From the NCBI GenBank assembly GCA_963693115.1, contig OY843750.1:1295556-1359555 (forward strand): DNA of 64,000 bases, given 5' to 3'. The notes beneath the pieces were generated by a model. The model did no database searches. It was not told the origin of the DNA and worked only from the letters and a program-made list of their open reading frames with translations. The translations under genes were made by a program, and so were the position numbers. Source of the DNA: Spirochaetia bacterium. Its GTDB lineage: Bacteria > Spirochaetota > Spirochaetia > WTKD01 > G963693115. How positions within the stretch are numbered: the first letter of the stretch is position 1; the number at the start of each line of letters is the position of its first letter. Below, one piece after another: positions 20,198-29,771 of the stretch.

Positions 20198-23100
20198 AAA
20201 AAATGATGTCAGGCATCACACAACAACAACACCAAATATCCCACACATGTATCATCGCCACCATATCTCACAGAATATCGTGATATATGCAACAAAGCCT
20301 TCTTTCTAGATAGATACATACTGTATCTCTACATAGTAAAAATATAATAATATACTATATTATTATAGTATTGCTCTCCGCTCGCATGTCTCGTAGATCG
20401 TAGACAGGGTATACGCCAAGGAACAATAAGCAACAAACCTTGCAAAAAACCAGAGCTACAAGGAAGCAGTAATAACCCCGATATAGGTCAAAAAAGACCA
20501 AACACTAAGGCCAAAAACAAAAAAAATAGTGACCAAACAAAGGAGAATGCCATGCATCACCACATATATCAACCCCAAGAACAAGACCTCATACAAAGTC
20601 ATAGTAGCAAAGCTACCACCAAAGCAAGTACCAAAGCAAGTATCAGAGCCACCAGAAGATCCAGTAACCAAGCAAGGAGTTGCCGAGCAAACAATCGGAC
20701 ACGAGGACTCGTCCTCATCTCCCTAGCCCTTACATGCATACTAGGACTCCTCCTCCTCACCTGTAGTAGCGACCCAGAAGAAACAAGTCCCGTAATAAGC
20801 ACATTGAGTGGAGAACTAAGTTATAGCCTAGAGAACCAAGCCAGTCAGGCAGAGGGTATCATACTATCACCCTTACAAGAAGTAGAGGGAATAGCCTCAA
20901 TGATCATAGGAATGGCAGAAGGAACAAGCATAACACTCTACCCCCAATGGAGCAAAGCAGGACAAAGCGTGAATTATAGCCTAGAAGGAGCTGAAGGAGG
21001 ATCCGAAGAAAAAATAAGCATAGACAAAGAAAAAGGCATACTCACGATAGCAACAGTAACAGCAGAACAAGATAATAAAGAATACACCATAAAAGCAACA
21101 GGAACAGGAAACTACAAAGGAACCTACACCCTGAATATCAAACTAGAAGTAGGAACCTTGATAGGGAGTTTTGAGTATAAAACAACAGGAACAGAACTGA
21201 GTATAGTAGAACAAACAAAGCACACAACAGAAGCACCCGAGTGGGAAGGGGGGAGTGCCCCCAGTGGAGTAGCATACACATTGAGCAAACCCAATGAGCA
21301 TGTACGAGTAGATGAGAGTAGTGGAGCAATCAGCATAGGGAGAGGACTCCATAAAGAATACACCGAAGGCTATACAATAGCAGTACAAGCGAGTGGAACA
21401 ACCGTAAAAGGAGTAGCGAGTGTAAGCATAGCTATAGAGATAGAGAGTTGGTGTGGCGTAGTAGGCAAGGATAGAGGGACCATAGTACCAAGGGCAGAAG
21501 GAACAGGGTATACGATAGAAGGATGGCGAGAGTTAGAGTGGTTAGCGAGGAAAGCAGGAACAGCAGCAACAGGAGCAAGTTTAGCGAGTAGTTATACGAT
21601 GACAGAAGACACAGAACTACCCTATCAGTCCTGTAATGAGCGAGGAGAAACAGTAGCAGGGTATGACCCTATAGGAGACAGTACCACAGGCTTTAGTGGG
21701 AGTTTTGATGGGGGAGACAAGACGATACGAGGCTTGAGGATAGAGAGTAGTGGAGATGAAATAGGATTATTTGGAGTAGCGAGTGGTAATATCAATGATG
21801 TAAGGATAGAGGGAGCAGAGATAATAGGAGGAAAGAACGTAGGAACACTAGCAGGCAAGTATACTGGAGGGGCAATAAGCAATGTCCATATTACAGAAGA
21901 TGAGGAAGGCAAGGGATCGGTGAAGAGCACAGCAGCTGACAGTGATGTTTATGTAGGAGGGCTTGTGGGGTATATGAATAGCGATGTAGACCCAGCAGTG
22001 ACAGAGAGTTCATCAGCGGTAGCAGTGGAGGCCTTAGGGAACAATGTAGGAGGCTTGGTAGGGAGACAAGCGGGAAAGGGTCAAATAACAAAGAGCTATA
22101 CTACCGGCGATGTTACAGGAAAGAACAAAGTAGGGGGTATTATAGGGAACATGGGGTTTTCTAGCAAGGTATATGGCTATACGAGTGGAGATATAAGCGG
22201 TGAGGAGTATGTAGGAGGGCTAGTAGGATACACTGAGAAAGATGTTTACGGTTATGCGACTGGTACCATACGGGGTACAGTGCGTGTAGGTGGATTAGTA
22301 GGAAATTCTGGCTTTAGTCCTGGCAATGTGTTTGGCTATACCACAGGAGATATTAGTGCGAAGGGAGACTACGCGGGGGGCTTGGCTGGAGATTCTGCTG
22401 GTGGAAAAATTTATGGACTTTCTACCGGCACTATACGAGGTAATGAAAGCGTAGGAGGTCTTGTGGGTAGACAGTTTGGGAACATTAATGGATATGCCAC
22501 AGGGGATGTGATAGGAGCCGACAAGGTGGGAGGACTAGCGGGACATGTTTCCGATGGCTTTACAACAGGGCAAGAAGGATATTTTAGAGGCAATGTTATC
22601 AGTACGGCGAGTGACCCTAGTAATGCTATCGACTTTGGTCTCACAATAGGAAAAAATGAGAGTAGCAGTACAAGTATTAACTATTATTATTCGACCAAGA
22701 GTGGCGAAGGAGGACTGTACCAGTTGAAAGACGACAAACGAACTGCCTATAGCCCTACTACTGACGAAACTGCAGCAGGCTACCGCGCCTCCACTCAGGT
22801 CGGGTCAGGAGTGAGCGTGGCGAGTAGCGATACCGAGGATGCAATAAAGGCAAAATTTACAGGATTTACAGCGACAGAAGGTTGGAGCTATGCTGCAGGG
22901 CAGTGGCCAGCATTTATAGTTATTGGCAATGATGATAATCAAAAACTCCCTGATTTTGGTGATATACCAAACAGCGCAGAAGCGCAGAAGCCTTATACCG
23001 CACCTTAGGATGCTACAGGAGTACAAAAAAGGCACCGCAAGGTGCTATAGGCCAGCAAGGCGATAGGTATAGCGCAGTTGGTAAGGTGGGCGTATAAGCC

Positions 23101-23200
23101 TACCTTACCAGTTTGCAGAGAAGTGGGTTTGCCAGTTTACAAGCATGTTTAGGGTGCCTTAGGTGGGATGAGTGTATCTTGTTTGCAGTGCATGAATCTT
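20198..23200 (+). repeat. Cassette copy A of a ~3-kb triplicated unit (upstream region + lipoprotein gene + trailer)
   Basis: High identity by eye to 31258..34238 and 34254..37122, including non-coding flanks; boundaries approximate. Confidence 0.92.
20552..23008 (+). CDS. GLUG-repeat surface lipoprotein, paralog A
   Basis: AGGAG SD; hydrophobic stretch ending LLLT-C (spirochete-type lipobox); Ig-like beta region; PIG...FSGSFDG, GLFG and ~10 VGGLVG repeats. Confidence 0.85.
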   Translation: MHHHIYQPQEQDLIQSHSSKATTKASTKASIRATRRSSNQARSCRANNRTRGLVLISLALTCILGLLLLTCSSDPEETSPVISTLSGELSYSLENQASQAEGIILSPLQEVEGIASMIIGMAEGTSITLYPQWSKAGQSVNYSLEGAEGGSEEKISIDKEKGILTIATVTAEQDNKEYTIKATGTGNYKGTYTLNIKLEVGTLIGSFEYKTTGTELSIVEQTKHTTEAPEWEGGSAPSGVAYTLSKPNEHVRVDESSGAISIGRGLHKEYTEGYTIAVQASGTTVKGVASVSIAIEIESWCGVVGKDRGTIVPRAEGTGYTIEGWRELEWLARKAGTAATGASLASSYTMTEDTELPYQSCNERGETVAGYDPIGDSTTGFSGSFDGGDKTIRGLRIESSGDEIGLFGVASGNINDVRIEGAEIIGGKNVGTLAGKYTGGAISNVHITEDEEGKGSVKSTAADSDVYVGGLVGYMNSDVDPAVTESSSAVAVEALGNNVGGLVGRQAGKGQITKSYTTGDVTGKNKVGGIIGNMGFSSKVYGYTSGDISGEEYVGGLVGYTEKDVYGYATGTIRGTVRVGGLVGNSGFSPGNVFGYTTGDISAKGDYAGGLAGDSAGGKIYGLSTGTIRGNESVGGLVGRQFGNINGYATGDVIGADKVGGLAGHVSDGFTTGQEGYFRGNVISTASDPSNAIDFGLTIGKNESSSTSINYYYSTKSGEGGLYQLKDDKRTAYSPTTDETAAGYRASTQVGSGVSVASSDTEDAIKAKFTGFTATEGWSYAAGQWPAFIVIGNDDNQKLPDFGDIPNSAEAQKPYTAP

Positions 23201-23352
23201 CTAGTAAGCTAGCAAAGATAGATAAAGTAAACAGACTGGAAAAATTCGTAGCCTCTGTAAGTTAGGTAAAAGACCTATATACGTTAGGAAAAAGAATAGT
23301 ACAGGCAAAAAAAGTAATGCGGCTATGAGCGTATGTAATTAGCTTGTGGGTG

Positions 23353-24441
23353 CTATGTTGTCGCGTAGTTGGCTTCTAGCTTTGCATATGAGCTAGGGCT
23401 TAGCCGTTTAATTTTTTGTAGAATGATTGTAGAAGATTTTTTTGAGAGCGTGCTATCTTGGTTTTGGTAAACGTCTAGCATCCAAAGGTACTTGTTGAGT
23501 AGTAAGGGGAGGATTCGCACTGGATCGTCAAGACCGAGCGCCTTTGTATCTTCGAGTTTTGCCTCAAATTCGGTAATGCTTTGTACTATATCATTTTTTT
23601 CTACTGGGCGAAGCATCCTACTTTTGTTAAATACTTTGTCAAGATATCCAAATATTGGAATCCAAGCAAGGGCTTCATCTTTGCTCGCCTCTATATGCTC
23701 GATTATTTTTGCGTAAAGGACATGTATAAAGGGTGCCTCAAGTTCTGTAAGTCTAACTGCGAAGGGGTCTATAAAAAATGCTTCTTTAAACAGGAGTTTA
23801 GAAAAATCAATGAGATTACATAAATAATAGCTGTCTGCAAGTTCGCTAAGGTATCTACTATTTTTAGAGTCTTTTGCAACAAGGATTTTGATAATTTGCA
23901 GGGCCTTATAATGTTCTTCTTGTAGCTTAAGGGCTTTGTACATGAGAAACCTAAATTCAACTTCTTTTTTTTGGTCGGGTCTCATGCTTGAATTATACAA
24001 GAGGGTTGCGTAAAGAGTTTTAGAAATAAATTTTTGTACGAAGTTGAGGAGTTCCTTTGTAAGTCGGTATTCAAATTCATAATCTAAGTAAAACTCGGAT
24101 TTAAACTCGTACCATTTGTTGATGAGGAGGTGTGCTTTTTGTAATATGTCCTGTTCTTTTGCTATATCTTTAAAGTACTGATCCCATGTGTCTATCGCAA
24201 GAATTAAAGCCCTGAGGGTGTGGTTTGTGGTGTCTTGTGCTAGTCCGCGACGAATGATATAACTGGCCCTATCAATATTTCCCTCTAGCAAGGACTGAAA
24301 ACTGAGTGCAATAACATTTTTCTCATCAAAATCAGTTTCGTATTCTGTTGTATTTGCATTTGGTGTATTTGCATTTGGTTCATACTTCTTTGAGACAAGG
24401 GTGTCAGATAAAACAAGGTGTAACAAGGGGTAATGAAGCAT
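23353..24441 (-). CDS. Hypothetical TPR-like helical protein
   Basis: ELADSYYL, SKLLFKEAFFIDP helical repeats; start uncertain. Confidence 0.7.
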   Translation of the reverse strand: MLHYPLLHLVLSDTLVSKKYEPNANTPNANTTEYETDFDEKNVIALSFQSLLEGNIDRASYIIRRGLAQDTTNHTLRALILAIDTWDQYFKDIAKEQDILQKAHLLINKWYEFKSEFYLDYEFEYRLTKELLNFVQKFISKTLYATLLYNSSMRPDQKKEVEFRFLMYKALKLQEEHYKALQIIKILVAKDSKNSRYLSELADSYYLCNLIDFSKLLFKEAFFIDPFAVRLTELEAPFIHVLYAKIIEHIEASKDEALAWIPIFGYLDKVFNKSRMLRPVEKNDIVQSITEFEAKLEDTKALGLDDPVRILPLLLNKYLWMLDVYQNQDSTLSKKSSTIILQKIKRLSPSSYAKLEANYATT

Positions 24442-24483
24442 AACATACGTACCACTTAAAGAAAATTTATCGAAGAATAAGCC

Positions 24484-24512
24484 TTGAGATATCTATAAAA
24501 TAGTGGTATACT
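24484..24512 (+). promoter_or_regulatory. Sigma70-type promoter of sod
   Basis: TTGAGA-17-TATACT with TG extension; AAGGAGG SD downstream. Confidence 0.75.
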
Positions 24513-24542
24513 GATATCATAATATCATATAAGGAGGACATA

Positions 24543-25145
24543 TTGTCTTTTACATTACCATCACTTTCATTTAACACAAATGCTCTTGAACCATACATTG
24601 ATGCAAAAACAATGGAAATACACCATGGCAAGCATCATGCGGGATATGTTACCAAGCTCAACGCAGCTTTAGAAGGAACTACGCTCTCTCAAACACCGAT
24701 TACTGATATTCTTTCGGATATTGAGCAGGTTCCGGAAGACAAGCGACAGGCCGTTATAAATAACGGGGGAGGACATGCAAATCATAGTCTATTCTGGCAG
24801 ATACTGAGCCCTCAAACAACAAACCCAAGTCAATCTCTGAGTGCTGCAATACAAGAAGCGTTTGGTTCGTTTGACAAATTTAAAGAAGTATTTTCCGCTG
24901 CCGCTTTAACACGCTTTGGGAGTGGCTGGGCATGGCTCGTAGTAAAAAACAAGGCCCTGCAAGTAATGAGTACTCCTAATCAGGACTCGCCACTCATGCA
25001 AGACGCTACGCCGATACTTGGTATTGATGTATGGGAACATGCCTACTATCTCAGCTATCAGAATCGTAGACCCGATTATATAGCAGCGTTCTTTTCTATT
25101 ATCCATTGGGAGCGTGTGTCTGAGTTTTTTGAGCAAGCCTTATGA
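24543..25145 (+). CDS. sodA: Superoxide dismutase, Mn/Fe family (Mn-like signature)
   Basis: HHGKHH, NNGGGHANHSLFW, FGSGWAW, DVWEHAYY. Confidence 0.95.
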   Translation: MSFTLPSLSFNTNALEPYIDAKTMEIHHGKHHAGYVTKLNAALEGTTLSQTPITDILSDIEQVPEDKRQAVINNGGGHANHSLFWQILSPQTTNPSQSLSAAIQEAFGSFDKFKEVFSAAALTRFGSGWAWLVVKNKALQVMSTPNQDSPLMQDATPILGIDVWEHAYYLSYQNRRPDYIAAFFSIIHWERVSEFFEQAL

Positions 25146-26343
25146 CACGGCTTCCAGAGTAAATACTATTCGATCTCATTTTCCATTTTTTTCTGATAGT
25201 GGTCACCCCGTATATTTTGATAGCGCTGCTACTTCACTCAAGCCTGCGGTTGTTATCGATAGAATTACACGGTATTATTCTACCCAATCGAGTAACGTAC
25301 ATCGTGCTGACTATGCACTAGGCTTAGAAATAAGCCAAGAGTACGAATCCTGTCGAGAGCTCGTGAGGCAGTTTCTTGACGCAGGTGATGAGTACGAGGT
25401 TATTTTTAACTCAGGAACAACGGATGGACTGAACACAGTAGCGCAGACGCTTCTGAAAGGTTTGTCCCATAAAGCCACCGTACACACTAGTATTATGGCT
25501 CATCACTCCCTGCTGTTACCACTACGCAGGTATAGCCAAGAATATGGCCTACAATGCCTTGTTCATTCCTGTGATCATTCGGGAGCGCTTGACATTGACG
25601 CCCTGTGCAATCAGCTTAAGGCAGGAGATGCACTGTTTTTATGTGGAATGTCAAATATTACTGGCTATACCCCGCCTCTTAAACGTATAGTGGAACATTG
25701 TCAAGAGATAAAAGTTCCGATAATCATTGATGGAGCTCAGTTGGTTTCTCATCGTGATGTTTCTTTGCGAGATACGCCGGTTGATGCAATAGTGTTTTCG
25801 CCACATAAATTATTTGGGCCTACGGGAGTGGGTGTCCTATGTATAAAGCGAAGGCTCATTGATACATTGCATCCGTTTAGAGTAGGGGGCGGAATAGTAT
25901 CAGAGGTTACACTATATGGGCAAGAATACCAAGAAGGTGCCCGTGCGTTTGAAGCGGGTACTCCAGCGATTGCGTCTGTATTGGGTATGGGAGCAGCGCT
26001 TACCTTTATAGATAGGTTTGGTGGTATGAAAGTAGTTACAGCACATGAAAAAACCCTTAGAAAACAACTTATAGATGGTCTACAGGCAATCCCTCATATT
26101 CACATACTGGGTGATCCAGATCTTTCAGATGTGGCAGTTGTGAGTATCGTTTCTAGTAAGTATCATGCTCAAGACATCTGTTTTCACCTTAATGCAAACA
26201 ATATTGCTACGAGGGGAGGATTTTTGTGTGCTCAGCCCTACGTGAATTGTTTTACAGAAAAACCAGCAGTACGGGTTTCGTGCCACGTTTACAATACGCC
26301 AGATGATATTTTATTATTACTTTCTGCACTAGAAGCGCTATGA
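25114..26343 (+). CDS. sufS: SufS/CsdA-type cysteine desulfurase
   Basis: YFDSAATSLKP, DGAQ, SPHKLFGPTGVG, EAGTP, RGGFLCAQP; GTG start overlaps sodA. Confidence 0.85.
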   Translation: MCLSFLSKPYDTASRVNTIRSHFPFFSDSGHPVYFDSAATSLKPAVVIDRITRYYSTQSSNVHRADYALGLEISQEYESCRELVRQFLDAGDEYEVIFNSGTTDGLNTVAQTLLKGLSHKATVHTSIMAHHSLLLPLRRYSQEYGLQCLVHSCDHSGALDIDALCNQLKAGDALFLCGMSNITGYTPPLKRIVEHCQEIKVPIIIDGAQLVSHRDVSLRDTPVDAIVFSPHKLFGPTGVGVLCIKRRLIDTLHPFRVGGGIVSEVTLYGQEYQEGARAFEAGTPAIASVLGMGAALTFIDRFGGMKVVTAHEKTLRKQLIDGLQAIPHIHILGDPDLSDVAVVSIVSSKYHAQDICFHLNANNIATRGGFLCAQPYVNCFTEKPAVRVSCHVYNTPDDILLLLSALEAL

Positions 26344-26364
26344 ATTATAAAGGTACTGGGTGTA

Positions 26365-26874
26365 ATGGATAAGATTCCTATGCAGGAGCAGCTTCTCATT
26401 TTTGCAAGACACCCACAGTTTCAATATTATTCATCGGGAATATATGGGCATGCGATAAATTCGCTATGTAACGACTCTATGATTATTAGCATTTATCAAG
26501 ATAATGGGCGATACAAGATATTTTATACAGGGCATCTATGTAATTTATCGAGGGCATCGGCAGAAATCATGTGTGGTTATTTTTGGAATACAAAGCAAGA
26601 ACATGTATTTGGTATCATGAATCGCCTTGCTGAGGAATTTAATAAATTTTTTCACTTTGCAATACGGCGTGATACGACTATCCTTCAGAAGGAATTAAAA
26701 AAAATAAAGAATAGTGTTGGAGTATTTCCATTTCCAAAGCTATTAGAAAAGTCTGATGCTTACTTAAAACTTGCAACGAGTTTGCTGATGCTTTCTACTT
26801 CGCCACAAAGGACAGCGTGTATTTTGCTACCGTGGAATATTCTCTATACAATTATTCAAGGAGTTGTTAAATGA
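26365..26874 (+). CDS. Divergent SufU/IscU-like protein
   Basis: [24 protein letters not shown]: three Cys plus Asp; follows sufS. Confidence 0.7.
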   Translation: MDKIPMQEQLLIFARHPQFQYYSSGIYGHAINSLCNDSMIISIYQDNGRYKIFYTGHLCNLSRASAEIMCGYFWNTKQEHVFGIMNRLAEEFNKFFHFAIRRDTTILQKELKKIKNSVGVFPFPKLLEKSDAYLKLATSLLMLSTSPQRTACILLPWNILYTIIQGVVK

Positions 26875-27626
26875 TTAAACTGGTATTTATTCGACATGGA
26901 GAGAGTACATGGAATAAAGAAAATAGGTTTACTGGATGGACTGATGTTCCGCTCAGCGATAAAGGGGTGGTCGAAGCAAGAAAAGCTGGCTGTGTTCTTA
27001 AAGAGTCTGGGTATACCTTTGACCTCGCGTACACATCTTTGCTCACTCGTGCAATTCTTACTCTTCACTACGTATTGACTGAACTAGATCTGTTGTGGAT
27101 CCCTGTCCAAAAAACATGGCGTTTGAATGAACGTCATTATGGTGCATTACAGGGACTCAACAAAAGTGAGACGGCAGAAAAACATGGAAAAAAACAGGTA
27201 AGTATATGGAGACGTAGCTATGCTGTTCCTCCGCCACAACTTGCGCATGACGATTCGCGTAACCCCGTCCACGATCCTCGTTACAAAGATGTAGAGCCAG
27301 GCTTTCTTCCCCTCACCGAATGCCTAAAGGATACGGTACAACGTTTTTTGCCTTACTGGTCTAAGGTGCTTGCGCCACAACTCTTAGAGAAAAAAAAGTT
27401 GCTTATTGTGGCACACGGTAATAGTATACGCGCTGCTGTAAAGTACTTGGATAAAATCCATGACGAAGATATCGTTTCACTCAATATTCCCACCGGTGTC
27501 CCACTGGTATACGAATTAGATGACGCCCTTGTTCCACTGACACATTACTATTTAGGAGATCAAGACGAAATCGCACAGGCTACAGAACAGGTTGCACAAC
27601 AGGCTACGCATGCTTCGCCTAAGTAA
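26871..27626 (+). CDS. gpmA: 2,3-bisphosphoglycerate-dependent phosphoglycerate mutase
   Basis: [24 protein letters not shown]. Confidence 0.97.
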   Translation: MIKLVFIRHGESTWNKENRFTGWTDVPLSDKGVVEARKAGCVLKESGYTFDLAYTSLLTRAILTLHYVLTELDLLWIPVQKTWRLNERHYGALQGLNKSETAEKHGKKQVSIWRRSYAVPPPQLAHDDSRNPVHDPRYKDVEPGFLPLTECLKDTVQRFLPYWSKVLAPQLLEKKKLLIVAHGNSIRAAVKYLDKIHDEDIVSLNIPTGVPLVYELDDALVPLTHYYLGDQDEIAQATEQVAQQATHASPK

Positions 27627-27691
27627 TGTATGCTTTTGCTTTGTAGCGATCTACGCACCATTAGGTGATATGAGAAAAAAACAGCCATTAG

Positions 27692-28531
27692 ATGTTTAGC
27701 AAACAATCGCAAGACATATCACATACCCAAGGTTTAGAGATAGAAAAAAAGTATCAAATTAGTCCTTCTTCGCTAGACGAGGTTGAGGTAGCAGTAAGGC
27801 AGAAATCCACATCATGGCATGTTCATGCAAAATACGATGAATACTACTTACTAGAAAAACAGTGGTTCAGAATCCGAACAGTACGCAAAGGAAACAATGC
27901 TAAGGAGAGCATGCATGTTTTTTCTTTTAAGCAAGAGCGAAGAAAGAATGGGCTGGAATATAATACCGAGTATGAAACACAGGTGTCATCTCCCAGCGTT
28001 ATGCGCTACCATCTTTTTGACTTGGGGGCTCGCCTCGATGCGGTTAAGTATAAACGCGGTACAACGTACCACCTTAGATCGTGGTTAAAAGATTGTAACT
28101 CTTCGCTTAGTGTTGAGTGTTCGAAGGTGTACTATAAATATGATCTAGCCTGTGACAGTTTACTGGAGGATAATTTATCGAAGGGCAATTTAGTGTATGA
28201 CAATTTAGAAAATGACAGTATAGAAAATGACAGTATATTGGATTATAAATCATTGGATGGCAAGCTAGCTGATAGCTATACAGGTAATGGCAATACAACT
28301 GGTGATAGCGATGGCATTAATAGTGGCGTGAGCGGATTTGTCTTGCTAGGTACATTTGTAGAAATTGAACTGCTTGGCACACCTACTGCAGAAGAAAAGG
28401 CAGATGATTTTTTGGTGGTAGATAGACGAATTGATGTCTTGGCACAAAAACTGCTTACGAGTGCCTATTCTAAGGCAGAACAACACTCATATCTGCACCT
28501 CATCAAACGCCACCAAGCCAAGCACGCTTAA
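27692..28531 (+). CDS. CYTH-domain (class IV adenylate cyclase-like) protein with an internal insertion
   Basis: EIEKK, D.YY, FRIR, EYET, K.K, LGTFVEIE, SYL. Confidence 0.75.
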   Translation: MFSKQSQDISHTQGLEIEKKYQISPSSLDEVEVAVRQKSTSWHVHAKYDEYYLLEKQWFRIRTVRKGNNAKESMHVFSFKQERRKNGLEYNTEYETQVSSPSVMRYHLFDLGARLDAVKYKRGTTYHLRSWLKDCNSSLSVECSKVYYKYDLACDSLLEDNLSKGNLVYDNLENDSIENDSILDYKSLDGKLADSYTGNGNTTGDSDGINSGVSGFVLLGTFVEIELLGTPTAEEKADDFLVVDRRIDVLAQKLLTSAYSKAEQHSYLHLIKRHQAKHA

Positions 28532-29771
28532 CGTTTCTAAATTCCGATTCTGGCATTGGGCTTGCCAGTGCATTTCTTATTTCGCTCATAAGGCGAATCA
28601 TGACGCCACAGTTGTGGGTTGTCAGTGCCATCATTCCGAGCATTTCACGTGATTTAAAGAGGTGGCGAAGGTATGCCCTGCTGAGCGTTTTGCAACACCA
28701 GTAAGGACACTGTGGTTCTAAGGGGCGTGAATCTTCTTTGTACTGGGTCTTGAATATATTGATTTTTCCTTCTGTCTTTGTGAGTGCTGTTCCATGGCGT
28801 GCTATTCTTGTTGGACTTACGCAGTCAAAGCAGTCTATGCCATATTCGACACCCCAAAATATGTCTTCTATTTCTCCTATACCTAGTAGATGGGTATAAG
28901 GATGGGAATGATTGTCGCTGTTTTTTGAGACTTCTATCGAATCAGTAGCTCCTGCATATAAGTCGGCATTGCGAGAGGCAGTAGGTAAATGAGTACAAGC
29001 ATGTAAGGTATCCATGCTATATGCAACGATATCGTGCATTTGTGAGCGTTCGCCTCCAAGGCTACCACCCACGCAAAGACCAAAAAATTGCTGATTGAGG
29101 ATGGTTTCTATGCTTTCTTTTCTGAGATCTTTATGGATTCCTCCTTGAATCACGCCAAGCATTGCAATGTCTTGATCGCCCACATGTCTTGTATAATAGT
29201 CGATGGATCGCTGCCCCCAACGAAGCGATCGTTTGAGTGCTTGGTGGGTATATGACTTATCGATGTGGTAAGGGGTACATTCGTCGAGTTGTACAATGAG
29301 ATCTGCTCCAAGATCAAGTTGGCATGCAACTGAAGCTTCTGGGCTAAGTAATATTTTTTTTCCATCGATATACGATTTAAACTGTGCTCCTTCTTCTTCA
29401 ATAGACAGCACGCTCTTTGTAGATCCGTGGGTATTACCCATGCGTTTAATCTCTTTTGAAACACTTCCGTGGCCCATGGCAAATATCTGATATCCCCCTG
29501 AGTCCGTCATCATTGGTTTGCTCCAGTTCATGAATGCAGGTATACCACCTTGTCTACGTATGAGGCTTGATCCCGGATTGAGCAGAAGATGGTACGTATT
29601 GGAGAGTATGATCTCTGCACCCATTGCCATGAGTTCATCGCTTCGGATGCATTTTACTGCTGCACGAGTTCCGCAGAAGACAAAATTTGGTGTTTGTACC
29701 GTGCCACGACTTGTCGTGAGGGTTCCGAGTCTTGCGAGTCTAGGTCCGCGTGTCTTGGTTTGGAATATCAT
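28503..29771 (-). CDS. tgt: tRNA-guanine(34) transglycosylase
   Basis: NTYHL, TDSGGYQ, LDECT, HLLGIG, DCFDCVSPTR. Confidence 0.95.
   Translation of the reverse strand: MIFQTKTRGPRLARLGTLTTSRGTVQTPNFVFCGTRAAVKCIRSDELMAMGAEIILSNTYHLLLNPGSSLIRRQGGIPAFMNWSKPMMTDSGGYQIFAMGHGSVSKEIKRMGNTHGSTKSVLSIEEEGAQFKSYIDGKKILLSPEASVACQLDLGADLIVQLDECTPYHIDKSYTHQALKRSLRWGQRSIDYYTRHVGDQDIAMLGVIQGGIHKDLRKESIETILNQQFFGLCVGGSLGGERSQMHDIVAYSMDTLHACTHLPTASRNADLYAGATDSIEVSKNSDNHSHPYTHLLGIGEIEDIFWGVEYGIDCFDCVSPTRIARHGTALTKTEGKINIFKTQYKEDSRPLEPQCPYWCCKTLSRAYLRHLFKSREMLGMMALTTHNCGVMIRLMSEIRNALASPMPESEFRNVKRAWLGGV

Noticed and set aside
20100-23260. Cassette as a transposon or tRNA-integrated element
   Set aside because: No transposase or integrase, no convincing terminal inverted repeats or target duplication; copies B/C lie on the 5' side of tRNA-fMet with no duplicated tRNA 3' end
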